Shown here piece by piece: positions 8,781 to 18,170 of a stretch of 53,509 nt of DNA. The number at the start of each line of letters is the position of its first letter. Within the stretch, counting starts at the first letter, position 1. The stretch spans positions 1-53,509 of the IMG/VR virus record IMGVR_UViG_3300028045_000002. One strand, 5' to 3'. The translations under genes and the position numbers were made by a program. Below the pieces are notes generated by a model. That model was not told the DNA's origin and did no database searches. It worked only from the letters and a program-made list of their open reading frames with translations. This DNA is from a virus. Lineage: Duplodnaviria; Caudoviricetes.

Positions 8781-10475
8781 CTAAGTAACGTCAGCAGTCA
8801 ACATCAAGGTACCACAGGTCTGCTCGTACATCATCTTGAGCCCAAGCTCAGTGATGGCGTACTCGGCCAGACCGTCCTCATCATTGTCCTGAGCACCAGA
8901 AATGACCTTGGTGTCACGACCCGGAAGAGGTTTCAGTTCCATCTGAGCCATGTCCAGAATCACAGCGTGATTTTCATACTCACCACGGAGGGTGGGTGTC
9001 GGAATCACGTTGAGGACACCGAACGGGCTCTGGAAGCGCCTGATGGCGATACCAGCGGTAGCGTCAGAGCCGGGGAGATATTGCATACTCCAGCCCTGAG
9101 TCATGGTGTTGCCACTGCCACCGTCATTGATTCCACCCATCAAGCCACTGTACCGAGTGAATGCCCCGAGCCACTTCTGCGAGACGAACATGGTTTTGCT
9201 CGCCTTGCCCTGCACCTGATCCTCGAAGATCATTTCGCAGGCATCGGTAAGGTCACCGTAGAAGTTGTTGAGATCGGGACGAACCCTCAGCGAGTTGTTC
9301 GCATGAGTGGTAGCGGCAAGGTTGAGCCTGTCAACATTGTAGGTCCGGATGAACCCAATGTCCTGCTCGCCAGCATTGGTTGTACCAGAGCCACTGACAC
9401 CAACGCCCAGCCCACGAGTAGAACGCTTGGGACTCTCACCAGTCCAAGTATCACGTTCACCGTTGGTGAACAGGATCTTCTCTATGTCAATCTTGTGCTT
9501 GATCAGCCCACGATTGCGAACCCGAGCCAGTTCATCCCCACCGACATACTGAGTAGCTATGGCAGTGTTGGTAATTGACCAAGGGGTCTTCATGATTTGA
9601 GTCTGGTTCCAGTCAGTCCGAACGCCCTTGCGGGATTCCTCAGGAAGCTTACTACCCTCGTAGTGACCCTTCTGGAGAAGCATGGGAGTGTAGGCAGTGA
9701 CGTAGACATCGAATGTGGCGCTTGCATCCAAGGCATAGTCCGTACCCGGATCAACCCACATCGTAGCGGTCAGGGTGTCATCAATGATGATGGCCTCATC
9801 AATGTTTATCCCATAATCTGACCAAGAGTCAGCCATTGACGGAGTCCAAGAGGCATCTCCACCAGCGGTGTCCTGACCAAGCATCAAGATATGGCCACTG
9901 ATAGGATCAGTACCATTGCCAGCAACCGTATCTGTCGGGTCAATCGTCCGCCATTTGCCGACATTGTTAACGCCAAACTTCTCAGGAATGACGTACATCG
10001 TGTCATTGCCAGAGGTGCCGCCAACCTTCACAATCTTCAAGAGATTGCAATTGACATCAGTCATGGCAGTACCGGCAACATCCTCGCCAATGTAAGCAGC
10101 AGCTCTTTCGAGAATCGTGCCGACAGCGGTAGGCTGGTACGGAGAAGCTTCAAAAGCCTGAGCATCGCTCGGACTCTTCAGCTGCAACCAGCACAAAACA
10201 TCAGCCGCTTCATCAGTAATGAAGTGATACTCGGCAGTGAAGTGACGCATGACGAAGTACTCGTCTTCCATCCACTCAAACCGAGGCTGCTTGGCGTTGA
10301 CTTTCGCCAGTTGTCCAAGCAGGACATAAAAAGGGGCATCCGTGGGAGAGAGCATGTGAATCTTGTCAGCCATGTCGAGCACGACACGCTTATCGTAGAC
10401 ACCACCAGTTCCCTCGCCAGGATAAAACCCAGAGCCATAGCGACCTGTAGGGTCGCTTCCAGACAATCCGCTCAT
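8781..10475 (-). CDS. Major capsid protein (SU10/DUF5309-like HK97 fold) with a large insertion
   Basis: DMADKIHMLSPTDAPF..FEWMED, NQTQIMK, HKIDIEKILF, RSTRGL, SPFGVLNVI and ITELGL; lies after the scaffold gene. Confidence 0.88.
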   Translation of the reverse strand: MSGLSGSDPTGRYGSGFYPGEGTGGVYDKRVVLDMADKIHMLSPTDAPFYVLLGQLAKVNAKQPRFEWMEDEYFVMRHFTAEYHFITDEAADVLCWLQLKSPSDAQAFEASPYQPTAVGTILERAAAYIGEDVAGTAMTDVNCNLLKIVKVGGTSGNDTMYVIPEKFGVNNVGKWRTIDPTDTVAGNGTDPISGHILMLGQDTAGGDASWTPSMADSWSDYGINIDEAIIIDDTLTATMWVDPGTDYALDASATFDVYVTAYTPMLLQKGHYEGSKLPEESRKGVRTDWNQTQIMKTPWSITNTAIATQYVGGDELARVRNRGLIKHKIDIEKILFTNGERDTWTGESPKRSTRGLGVGVSGSGTTNAGEQDIGFIRTYNVDRLNLAATTHANNSLRVRPDLNNFYGDLTDACEMIFEDQVQGKASKTMFVSQKWLGAFTRYSGLMGGINDGGSGNTMTQGWSMQYLPGSDATAGIAIRRFQSPFGVLNVIPTPTLRGEYENHAVILDMAQMELKPLPGRDTKVISGAQDNDEDGLAEYAITELGLKMMYEQTCGTLMLTADVT

Positions 10476-10491
10476 TTTCAGGTTCTCCTAA

Positions 10492-11409
10492 CTAAAACCC
10501 GAGTTCGGTCGCCAGCTGTTTCTTCCTGCCAATTGCCACGATGTCATCAGCCATAGCTTCCTCAAGAGATTGATCAACCTCAACGTGGCCAGCTACGGTT
10601 CCAAGAGATGGAGTCATATTTTGGACTCGCTCCACTTGATCGACAACCTCAGTTCTGCCACGGTTTTCAGCCGCAGCTTCACCAAGACCCCGGTTCACAC
10701 CAGAGTAGATGTCCATCAGTGTCACCTGCCCGCTCTTGACCTTCTCGTAAAACTCCTTCAGGGCTTCATCTGAAACATCGGGGTATTGCTTTCTAACCTG
10801 AGCTTCGAACTCGGCTACTTCTTGCTGTTGGTTTTGCTCTCGCTGGACATCGTCTTTGGCGGATTGAACTGCCTTCTGCACTTCTTGCTGAATCATATTC
10901 GAAAGCTGATTGGGACTGAGGGTGAGATTACCTGTCGGGTCTCCGTCCTCATCCACCTCACGCCGCATATCCGGCGTTTGCTCTTTGCTGTAAAAGTTCA
11001 CGATGTGCTTTCTCAGTTCAGGGTTGCCATCAACTGCCTTTAAGAGCGTTTCATACTTCCCAGCCAACTCAACCGCAGGCTTTGCACTGCTCAGATTCTG
11101 CTGGGCTGTACCAAGAGCCGATTCAGACGCTTGGTAAGCTTTCTCCAGATCCTGAACAGTGTCAAACTTGCCTAAGATTTTCTCCGCAGGCTTGGGTTTT
11201 GGAGCGTCTACTCCCTTTGACGATTTCGGAGCAAGCTTCGAATCGTCCATTTCGTTACCGGCCTCAGCGAGGTTGCGGTCACGTTGCGCTATCACATCAG
11301 GCATGCTGCGCCTGAGATACTCTTCAGTGGCACTGACTCGAGGTTTATCCCCAGTCAAGACCTCTCTTGTGTCCGGGCCTTTCTCAAGGTTGCCGTCTTT
11401 GTCGCTCAT
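10492..11409 (-). CDS. Capsid scaffolding protein
   Basis: Between portal and MCP; charged coiled coil; KILGKFDTVQDLEKAYQ motif typical of podovirus scaffolds. Confidence 0.75.
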   Translation of the reverse strand: MSDKDGNLEKGPDTREVLTGDKPRVSATEEYLRRSMPDVIAQRDRNLAEAGNEMDDSKLAPKSSKGVDAPKPKPAEKILGKFDTVQDLEKAYQASESALGTAQQNLSSAKPAVELAGKYETLLKAVDGNPELRKHIVNFYSKEQTPDMRREVDEDGDPTGNLTLSPNQLSNMIQQEVQKAVQSAKDDVQREQNQQQEVAEFEAQVRKQYPDVSDEALKEFYEKVKSGQVTLMDIYSGVNRGLGEAAAENRGRTEVVDQVERVQNMTPSLGTVAGHVEVDQSLEEAMADDIVAIGRKKQLATELGF

Positions 11410-11412
11410 ACT

Positions 11413-13464
11413 CTACTCCTTGCCGGTCCCTTTGCTGGGATTGCGGCTACTTGATTGCTTCTCTTTAAAAGCAACCTTCTCCTCACGCCGGTCAAGCTCC
11501 ATAGTTTTTCTATGGGTGTCCTTTGCGAGGTCCATCATACCCCTTATCAGCTTCTGTTCAGCTGCGGTCTCAATGAACTCGGCCTCTTCAAGGTTGCGAT
11601 ATTGATCCGCCTCTGACTTAATCCGCATCTGCACGTTTCCACGCATAAGGGTTTGCTGGATTCCTTCCATCCGCTTGAGCTGCTCATTCGCTGATTCCAA
11701 GGCCTGCCTGAGTTGAGCGTTTTCGCCCATCCTCTCGATAAGGTCCGACCTATTCGGAATATCTAGCTGCTCAAGAACTGCTTGACGATCTATCAGCTGC
11801 ATCCTGTAGAGTTCAAGGAAGTGCTGCTGCATTGCCGTCCTGTTGGTCGGGGCCAGTTTCCCCGACCGGATGGTAACATCGTAACGTCTATGACCAAGAG
11901 TGTTGTTATACACCATGCCTCCAGCAGGGCTTACCCCGGAAGGCTGATTCAGCATGACCGTTTTGACTGACCCTTCATCGCCAGTGATCCGGATCATCTT
12001 TTGAATCCGATAAACATCTCTTGAATAGTCTATGATGAGCCTGCCGACATTCTGCTTGGCCGCACTGAGCATCGTGAATGAAGAGTGGAGCCTTCTGGCC
12101 CCGTACTCCTCAATAGCCATTGTGGCCGCAAACGTCTCAGGCGCTCCAGAAGAGTCCCCCTGCGCCAGAGGGAAGATCCCGGTAGCATATTCGACATCGT
12201 GCTTCGCCTCCGTCTCCAAGGCATAGAGAGCGTTTGGCATCGCCGGAGGGAACACGGGTGTCGGCTTCTCAAATCCAAGCTTGTAGGGCAGCCTCTGTCC
12301 AGAGATCGCACTTGCCCTGTCCCACAGTCTCGGGTCAACAGCGCCCTCCTCGTGCAACCACTTGGAGTTGGCAGTATTGGTGGCATGGGAGATCATTAGC
12401 TGTCTGCGCTTATTGATCTCGTCCTGAATGCCCTTGATGTATCTGACATCACCCATCGGGAACGGTGTTCCTGTCCATACATTTGGAACAGGAACGATCG
12501 GGTAGATGTTGGTATTTAGGATCTCACTGGAGATGGAGGTGTCATTACCGGCAGAGGTGTGCTTCAGGATCTTGGTCTTGAACACCTTGGTCGTCTGAAA
12601 GTCGGGCCGATCCTTATAAGTCGAAGAATATTCCTCAGCTGTAACAACGGCGTGGGTTCCAAGGATGTGGTTCCTCACAATGTAGTGGGGCAGCTTAACC
12701 TTGGAGTATCTCTCAATTATCCTGACCAGAAGATTGTCGTCTTCGCTGTTGGTGATCCATCCATCGTACATTGACAGCTCACCGGGAGTCTGAACGCTCT
12801 CAGCCGAATGGTTGCCACTGGTCTCGTAGTCCTCTGTGTGGCAAAGCTCGCCAGCAGCCTTGGTCAGCGCTGCCGCATGTCTCGGGTAGAGCCTTTTTGC
12901 GAGACCAAGCTTGATGATCTGGCTGACAACGATGTGCGTTGCGTCAGAGTAGTCTGGCTTTCTTGCGGCTGGGTCCACATAGACAATGTCTGGAGGGAGT
13001 GCCGCAACCTTAACCTCGCCACGACCATCGTCCTCTTCACGATCAACGTGAACGTGGTAGTAGCCCACACCTCTAACAACATGATCACGCTTGACCTCCA
13101 TCTCGACTAGCTCGAAATCAGAGTTCTGAAGCACGTATTCGATGACATCCGAATAGAGATCCGCTGTCACGTTGTCGTCAACATCAATCGGGACGGCCCG
13201 AATAACTGGTTTGTGAACGCTGAGCTGTGCCAGCTTCTGCTGACAGGCGGGGAAGACCCTGTTGATTACAAGTGGAGCCGCACCTTTCTGGCGAAGCTCC
13301 TTCTCCTGCTTGGCTGTCCACTGCTTTCCAAGGAAGTAGTCCATGTCTTCAGAAGACTGTGAGGACCAAGTAGACCTTGAAGCCCTGAATGACTCGTACA
13401 CCTCACGATTCTTCATCGCTGGGGTGACTGTGCCTTTTTTGGCTTGGCTCATAATGACATCCAA
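11413..13464 (-). CDS. Portal protein (P22-like)
   Basis: DYFLGKQW, PLVINRVFP, VYVDPAARKPDYSDA, YPIVP and IQDEINKRR; directly downstream of terL. Confidence 0.92.
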   Translation of the reverse strand: MDVIMSQAKKGTVTPAMKNREVYESFRASRSTWSSQSSEDMDYFLGKQWTAKQEKELRQKGAAPLVINRVFPACQQKLAQLSVHKPVIRAVPIDVDDNVTADLYSDVIEYVLQNSDFELVEMEVKRDHVVRGVGYYHVHVDREEDDGRGEVKVAALPPDIVYVDPAARKPDYSDATHIVVSQIIKLGLAKRLYPRHAAALTKAAGELCHTEDYETSGNHSAESVQTPGELSMYDGWITNSEDDNLLVRIIERYSKVKLPHYIVRNHILGTHAVVTAEEYSSTYKDRPDFQTTKVFKTKILKHTSAGNDTSISSEILNTNIYPIVPVPNVWTGTPFPMGDVRYIKGIQDEINKRRQLMISHATNTANSKWLHEEGAVDPRLWDRASAISGQRLPYKLGFEKPTPVFPPAMPNALYALETEAKHDVEYATGIFPLAQGDSSGAPETFAATMAIEEYGARRLHSSFTMLSAAKQNVGRLIIDYSRDVYRIQKMIRITGDEGSVKTVMLNQPSGVSPAGGMVYNNTLGHRRYDVTIRSGKLAPTNRTAMQQHFLELYRMQLIDRQAVLEQLDIPNRSDLIERMGENAQLRQALESANEQLKRMEGIQQTLMRGNVQMRIKSEADQYRNLEEAEFIETAAEQKLIRGMMDLAKDTHRKTMELDRREEKVAFKEKQSSSRNPSKGTGKE

Positions 13465-14978
13465 TCCACCTCTACTTCTTCTTCGTAGAAGTCCTCAAAA
13501 TCATCAACACTCCCCATCGCACACTCAAGAGCATTTTCGATGCAATTGTGAAGAGCATCAAGCGTATCGTCGTTCTTGCCTTTAGGGTAGGCAAGCAGCT
13601 CAGCTTCAAGCTGACTCTGATTCTCTTTAAGGTGAACCTGATGCGCCCTGAAGTACGGCTGCATTCCAGCGATCCTAATATTCTTCGCCACCCGTGGCTT
13701 AACCTCAAAGATGGGGAAGTAGATATTCTTCCTGATCATCTCTTTGCGGGCAAAGATGGCAAGGGCCTCCTGATATGCCGTAGTCTCGACTATAAACCTG
13801 AGAGGCTTGTACCTGAACTGCATCTGGAACATTTCCTTGATAACCCGATCGGGCTCACCCCGAAACCTTAGATAGTCCCCAACGAAGAACCTACCGTCCG
13901 AAGCAACGCCAACTGGCATAATACAGTTAAAGTCTCCACGAGAAGATATCGCAGGATCTATCCCTACGAAGATATTAACAGGTATAATAGATGTTGAGCC
14001 GTCATCGTTGTTGATGAAGGCTACGGAATGCCCATCCTTTACGCCCAACCTGCCTGACCAGAACCTGAAGTCCTCCCTGAGGAACAGTTGCTCCTCTGGA
14101 TTGGAAGGCATGTTCCGGTATTCTTGGTAATACATATGGACCAGCCCACGGCGGCGATATGATTCCTTAATCGCCATGAGCTGGTCCCATGATTTGTTCT
14201 CCGGCCACAGGGGTATCTTGTTGTCGGAATCCATCTCGCAGTCATACCTTAGCGTCTTATATGTGGGGTCAGCCTCCACATCTTGAAGCCACGTATCATT
14301 GTGTATCACGGTTCCGATAGCAGTAAGAATACCATCATGGGCCAGAGAAGGCTCTACGGCTCCAGATACCCAGTCCTTGTTTCTGGAGCGGTTGTCGTGA
14401 GTGAGAGAGTTGCCCTCACTTTCAAAGTCATCAAGAATGATGTCGGTTGGGCGGGTGTGGCGGAAGATCATCCCACGGACCTTCTGCCTTGTTCCAACAG
14501 CCTTTATCCTCACTCCATTGGAAGTGACGATATCATCAGCACCCCAAGGCTCACCCTTCAGGTCACCAAAGTAATACCGGAGGCGGGCGTTCTCCTCGAT
14601 CTCCATCTTGATATCGGAGAGAAAGTTGATCGCCTGATCCTGAGACTCTGAGACGATCACGATAAAGCGAGGGTCATCATCTGGGTGTTTGGTAATGATT
14701 TTCCACATGGGATAAAAAAACGAGGTCAGCGTTGATTTTGCGTGACCTCGTGGAGCCTTGATGGCTCGCCTCTTCTTGCTATTGTCTTGCAGGAGGGCGT
14801 AGATCTCCTCGTGGAAATCAGGAATCCTGAGTTTCGCCGCTTTCGGGAACAGGGCTTTCGCCATAAACGGAATCGACTTGGCCATCCGCACTCTCATCTG
14901 AGAGCGCTTCCGGTTCTCGTCCGTCTGCTGAATCATCTGGCTGGTGTGAACTTGCTGTGCTGTCTGCAACTTCTGCAC
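13449..14978 (-). CDS. terL: Terminase large subunit (start codon uncertain)
   Basis: Walker A APRGHAKST, Walker B IILDDFE, nuclease motifs VGIDPA and DDTLDA. Confidence 0.95.
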   Translation of the reverse strand: MQKLQTAQQVHTSQMIQQTDENRKRSQMRVRMAKSIPFMAKALFPKAAKLRIPDFHEEIYALLQDNSKKRRAIKAPRGHAKSTLTSFFYPMWKIITKHPDDDPRFIVIVSESQDQAINFLSDIKMEIEENARLRYYFGDLKGEPWGADDIVTSNGVRIKAVGTRQKVRGMIFRHTRPTDIILDDFESEGNSLTHDNRSRNKDWVSGAVEPSLAHDGILTAIGTVIHNDTWLQDVEADPTYKTLRYDCEMDSDNKIPLWPENKSWDQLMAIKESYRRRGLVHMYYQEYRNMPSNPEEQLFLREDFRFWSGRLGVKDGHSVAFINNDDGSTSIIPVNIFVGIDPAISSRGDFNCIMPVGVASDGRFFVGDYLRFRGEPDRVIKEMFQMQFRYKPLRFIVETTAYQEALAIFARKEMIRKNIYFPIFEVKPRVAKNIRIAGMQPYFRAHQVHLKENQSQLEAELLAYPKGKNDDTLDALHNCIENALECAMGSVDDFEDFYEEEVEVDWMSL

Positions 14979-15798
14979 CTTCTATTAAATTCAGGTCTAT
15001 TTCCGCATCTATCTCTTTGATTTCGGCTTCGGTTATTCCTGCACCTAACATTACTACAGCCTTTTCATGCTTGCTGTCAAGCATTTGTAGTATTTTTGCT
15101 AAATTTTCTAAGGCACGAGCCCTTGTCGTCTCATTTACCCCCTCCTCGAAAAGCTCCTTGAACCCTCCGATGACATAGTCCTCGTCCACACCCTGTCTCG
15201 CAGCCAGCTCTCTGATTCTGTCTTTCACGGCTTCCTGCACATTCGCTCTTGCCACGTAGACTGCGGCCCGCTCACCAACGCCCCTCTCGTTCTTGTCCCT
15301 GCCAGAGGCCATAGCATAGGCCAGCTTCTGGTCCCAAGTCCGAGTATAGACTTCAGTGAACAGTCGCTCTCTCTTCGTGAGCTTTCTGTTCGGATCCTTC
15401 CATTGTGGGTATTTCCCGCCGAAGGATGTGCGGTTTTCCCTGACTTCTGTTGTCATCCGGACTCCGGGACTGGTAACAAATGTCCCGGTGGCAATCCTGA
15501 GCCAGTCATAACTGCTTCTGGTTCCGCCCCTTGTGAGGACTTCGACCACCATGTCATCGTCAGTTCTTGCCCAGTCCCCAATTTGGCAGGCTCTCCAAGG
15601 CTTCCACCTGAGGCCAACGTCCTCAGCTTCGCCAATAGTGTAGTAGACATGCTCTACACCATTGACCTCATGCTTAACCACCGCTGCCGTCCACAGTTGC
15701 GATCCTAGAGCCCGGAATGCTCGGGAGGTCAATTCCATCATCCACGGCCAGTATCTCGCTCTCAGAGCAAATGAGCCATTGTCCGTCCAGTTTAGCAT
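14818..15798 (-). CDS. terS: Terminase small subunit-like protein (true start probably ~15741 or 15681)
   Basis: Immediately upstream of terL; LTKRERLFTEVY..AYAMA..ARANVQEAV..RALENLAKIL TerS-type helical pattern. Confidence 0.7.
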   Translation of the reverse strand: MLNWTDNGSFALRARYWPWMMELTSRAFRALGSQLWTAAVVKHEVNGVEHVYYTIGEAEDVGLRWKPWRACQIGDWARTDDDMVVEVLTRGGTRSSYDWLRIATGTFVTSPGVRMTTEVRENRTSFGGKYPQWKDPNRKLTKRERLFTEVYTRTWDQKLAYAMASGRDKNERGVGERAAVYVARANVQEAVKDRIRELAARQGVDEDYVIGGFKELFEEGVNETTRARALENLAKILQMLDSKHEKAVVMLGAGITEAEIKEIDAEIDLNLIEGAEVADSTASSHQPDDSADGREPEALSDESADGQVDSVYGESPVPESGETQDS

Positions 15799-15988
15799 AC
15801 TCTCTGGGGGTCACGATAGCAACATCACCAGCGACAACACGCTTACAGCCCTCTCCAACCGCCTTGACAGTAATCCGGACGTAACTAGAATCCAGCTGCA
15901 TCCCCTCCGGCAGGATCAAGCCTGATGGGGGCTTCGACTCTATCGTTGTCATCGGATCCAACAGCACTGTCGTCCCGAATATCTTCAT
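15674..15988 (-). CDS. groES: Co-chaperonin GroES/Cpn10-like protein, 104 aa
   Basis: Start ATG 15988 (GGAGGG RBS); ESKPPSGLILP, VKAVGEG, VVAGDVAI and ESEILAV match the Cpn10 pattern. Confidence 0.82.
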   Translation of the reverse strand: MKIFGTTVLLDPMTTIESKPPSGLILPEGMQLDSSYVRITVKAVGEGCKRVVAGDVAIVTPREYAKLDGQWLICSESEILAVDDGIDLPSIPGSRIATVDGSGG

Positions 15989-16559
15989 TGTTCCCTCCGT
16001 ATTGCATTGAAAACATGTCCCTTGTGAGATCCCAGAGCCTGACCTCTTGAGGCTCCCCGCCAATACTCATGTCACCCTTCATCACTCCGATGAAGTGGAA
16101 CCCAAGAGCCTTGAGTATCAGGTTGCTTTTCCTGTTTCCGGGAACATATGCGATAATCTTGTTAACGCCCAGAAAGCCAAAGCAGTATCCAGCCAACTGG
16201 ATCATAAAGCTTCGTTTTCCAGGAGTTAAAATCTTCCCAGACATGACGGGGTCTTGGAATCTTACGATTCTTCGTTGTCGAGCATCAAATCGAGTCCTAC
16301 CAGCAGCAATGACATCAGGCCGAGCCGCAAAGTTCAGGGTTACACTGTCTGGGGGGGAGTAATTCGTCAGCCAGCACATCCCTAAATTTCGAGCCCTCTT
16401 GCCGACCATATCCAATGCGAATATGTAGGCGTTAGAGAGGTTCCCCTCAAGTGTCGCCGGATGGCGAAGCCATCTATCGAGCATCAGGTCACTTGCAGTC
16501 AAGATGCTCTTCATCGTCGCCATATCGGGAAACACTCGGCGCAGCGTCACTTCAGGCAT
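15885..16559 (-). CDS. GNAT-family (RimJ/RimL-like) acetyltransferase
   Basis: YCFGFLGVNKIIAYVPGNRKSNLILKALGFHFIGVMK is the RimL-type C-terminal motif. Confidence 0.7.
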   Translation of the reverse strand: MPEVTLRRVFPDMATMKSILTASDLMLDRWLRHPATLEGNLSNAYIFALDMVGKRARNLGMCWLTNYSPPDSVTLNFAARPDVIAAGRTRFDARQRRIVRFQDPVMSGKILTPGKRSFMIQLAGYCFGFLGVNKIIAYVPGNRKSNLILKALGFHFIGVMKGDMSIGGEPQEVRLWDLTRDMFSMQYGGNNEDIRDDSAVGSDDNDRVEAPIRLDPAGGDAAGF

Positions 16560-16861
16560 CAGCCCCCCGGTCTCTGAGGAGGACCACCGGGGATGTCCCG
16601 GCCTCTGATCACTCCGGGCGGTAGGGCTGGCTCAGGAGCTTCAAAAGCGAGTTCTGCCCCTGCCGCATCAGCGTCCGCTTCATCTGCCTCGTAAGTTTCG
16701 AGAAACGTATCACGAGGGATAATGGTGAACCTCCCGTCAACACCGATCGTCAGGAAGTCTCCAGCTTCGCCACCGCCCTTCGACCGGGGTGTCTCAATCA
16801 TCATCGGCTCTTTCAAGACAAAAGCGTTCTCCGCTGTGGGAGTGTGCTTAAACTTCGCCAT
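16559..16861 (-). CDS. PGDYG-like small phage protein, 100 aa
   Basis: Start ATG 16861 (GAGGAG RBS); IETP..GEAGDFLTIGVDGRFTIIPRDTFLETYE resembles the PGDYG-family pattern. Confidence 0.6.
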   Translation of the reverse strand: MAKFKHTPTAENAFVLKEPMMIETPRSKGGGEAGDFLTIGVDGRFTIIPRDTFLETYEADEADADAAGAELAFEAPEPALPPGVIRGRDIPGGPPQRPGG

Positions 16862-17078
16862 TCTGGGTCTCCTCTTCCTTCTCGGGGGGTTTTGTCGCTG
16901 CGGGACGGCCACGCTTGACTTCTTCGAAGTCCAGCTTCCAGTTGCCACGCATACCGGCGGCCATCTTGTTGGTAACTACAGCCACATGCTTCTCTTCGCA
17001 CTGAAGTGTGCCAACGGCGTATTCGACATCATTGGCACCGCCATTGTCACGATACATCCTGAACTCCAACTTTTTCAT
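16848..17078 (-). CDS. Hypothetical protein, 76 aa
   Basis: ATG 17078 with AGGAGG RBS; packs tightly in the operon. Confidence 0.65.
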   Translation of the reverse strand: MKKLEFRMYRDNGGANDVEYAVGTLQCEEKHVAVVTNKMAAGMRGNWKLDFEEVKRGRPAATKPPEKEEETQNGEV

Positions 17079-17079
17079 C

Positions 17080-17331
17080 CTAACCCTCCTGCGCTCTGTA
17101 GTTCGAAATATGAGAATCCAGCTCTTTGCAGATCTCAATTGGAACATCCACGATCTTCATCCCACTGGCCAAGGTGATCTCGCCAAGAGTACCCCTTGAC
17201 TGCCAAGTTATCAGCAGAACGTCCTCAGGCCAGTGGATACGCCACTTGAGGCCCCTAAGTTCGAACTTGAAAGCCTTGCGGTAGGCCACAACGTCTTGTC
17301 TGCCAACCAGTTCATCACCGAGCTTAGCCAT
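17080..17331 (-). CDS. Hypothetical protein, 83 aa
   Basis: ATG 17331 with GGAGG RBS, overlapping the upstream stop. Confidence 0.65.
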   Translation of the reverse strand: MAKLGDELVGRQDVVAYRKAFKFELRGLKWRIHWPEDVLLITWQSRGTLGEITLASGMKIVDVPIEICKELDSHISNYRAQEG

Positions 17332-17779
17332 TGGTGGCCTCCCCATTGGTCTCTTCCAAGAAGGCCGGTCCCCAAGCCTTGCCCAGCCTGTTGTTCAGCT
17401 GCTTGACCACGATGGAGACGAGGAATTTGACCATGAGGGTCTTCATTCCACCAGCCCACCGCATATACCACGGCCACTGCCACGCTCTGGCGATAGTAGC
17501 TGCGGCTGCCTGCAACTTATGTTCTCCATGGGCCAATTCTTCGGCATTCTCAGCAAGCAGTTCGATCCCGAGGACCACCTGTTCGATCACATTGGTCAAA
17601 AGGTCAACATTGTGCTTGAATTCTTCGAACGGACCCTTGAATTCATCCTCGTCATGGTCCCAGAACTTCCAGTCGAAGCCGCCTTGGTCCGCAGGGCGAG
17701 AGATATCTGCGATTGCAGCCTGAATAGACGGGCCATTCAGGGCTCCGAGCAGATCGGTCAAGATCTTCTTCCAATCCAT
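17324..17779 (-). CDS. Hypothetical helical protein with an amphipathic C-terminal segment
   Basis: ATG directly after the upstream stop, with GAGGAGG RBS. Confidence 0.75.
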   Translation of the reverse strand: MDWKKILTDLLGALNGPSIQAAIADISRPADQGGFDWKFWDHDEDEFKGPFEEFKHNVDLLTNVIEQVVLGIELLAENAEELAHGEHKLQAAAATIARAWQWPWYMRWAGGMKTLMVKFLVSIVVKQLNNRLGKAWGPAFLEETNGEATNG

Positions 17780-17780
17780 G

Positions 17781-18014
17781 CTAATCCTCCTCTACGAGTT
17801 GCCAGTCAAATGCCAGCAAATCGGTTTGAGATGCCACCCAAGGGACCAGAAGGGCCTCCTTGGTGGAAATATAAATGTAAGGGAGAGTTATCTTTGTGCC
17901 TTTTGATGGGAACTGCATCCGGATGAACTGACCGAGACCATTCCAGCCTACCCGATAGACCTTCCTGCCGCTCCAAAGCTCTTGCAGCGCCCACCCAAAT
18001 CCCTGAGCTTCCAT
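17781..18014 (-). CDS. DUF2829 / Thoeris anti-defence Tad2-like protein, 77 aa
   Basis: FGWALQEL..GRKVYRVGWNG..PYIYI..VPWVASQTDLLAFDW matches the DUF2829 signature; ATG 18014 with GAGAGG RBS. Confidence 0.85.
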   Translation of the reverse strand: MEAQGFGWALQELWSGRKVYRVGWNGLGQFIRMQFPSKGTKITLPYIYISTKEALLVPWVASQTDLLAFDWQLVEED

Positions 18015-18071
18015 TCCAACCTCTCTCGATTGAGTTGCTACACATATATGCACTAACGTGGTTATGTGTCA

Positions 18072-18104
18072 ACAAAAAAAGTTCCCCGGCAAAAGCTAGG
18101 GAAC
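18072..18104 (-). terminator. Rho-independent terminator
   Basis: Minus strand GTTCCCTAGC-TTTT-GCCGGGGAAC followed by a run of T. Confidence 0.75.
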
Positions 18105-18170
18105 CTCAGGGCCGTCTCAAGCCCCATACCACACCGAAAGGAGGACGGTCTTACAGTGGCACAGCTTGGA

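Noticed and set aside
8544-10556. Long + strand ORFs opposite the MCP (and similar ones opposite the giant, tail and 44934..46589 genes)
   Set aside because: Antisense shadows of codon-biased genes, with no motifs or RBS.
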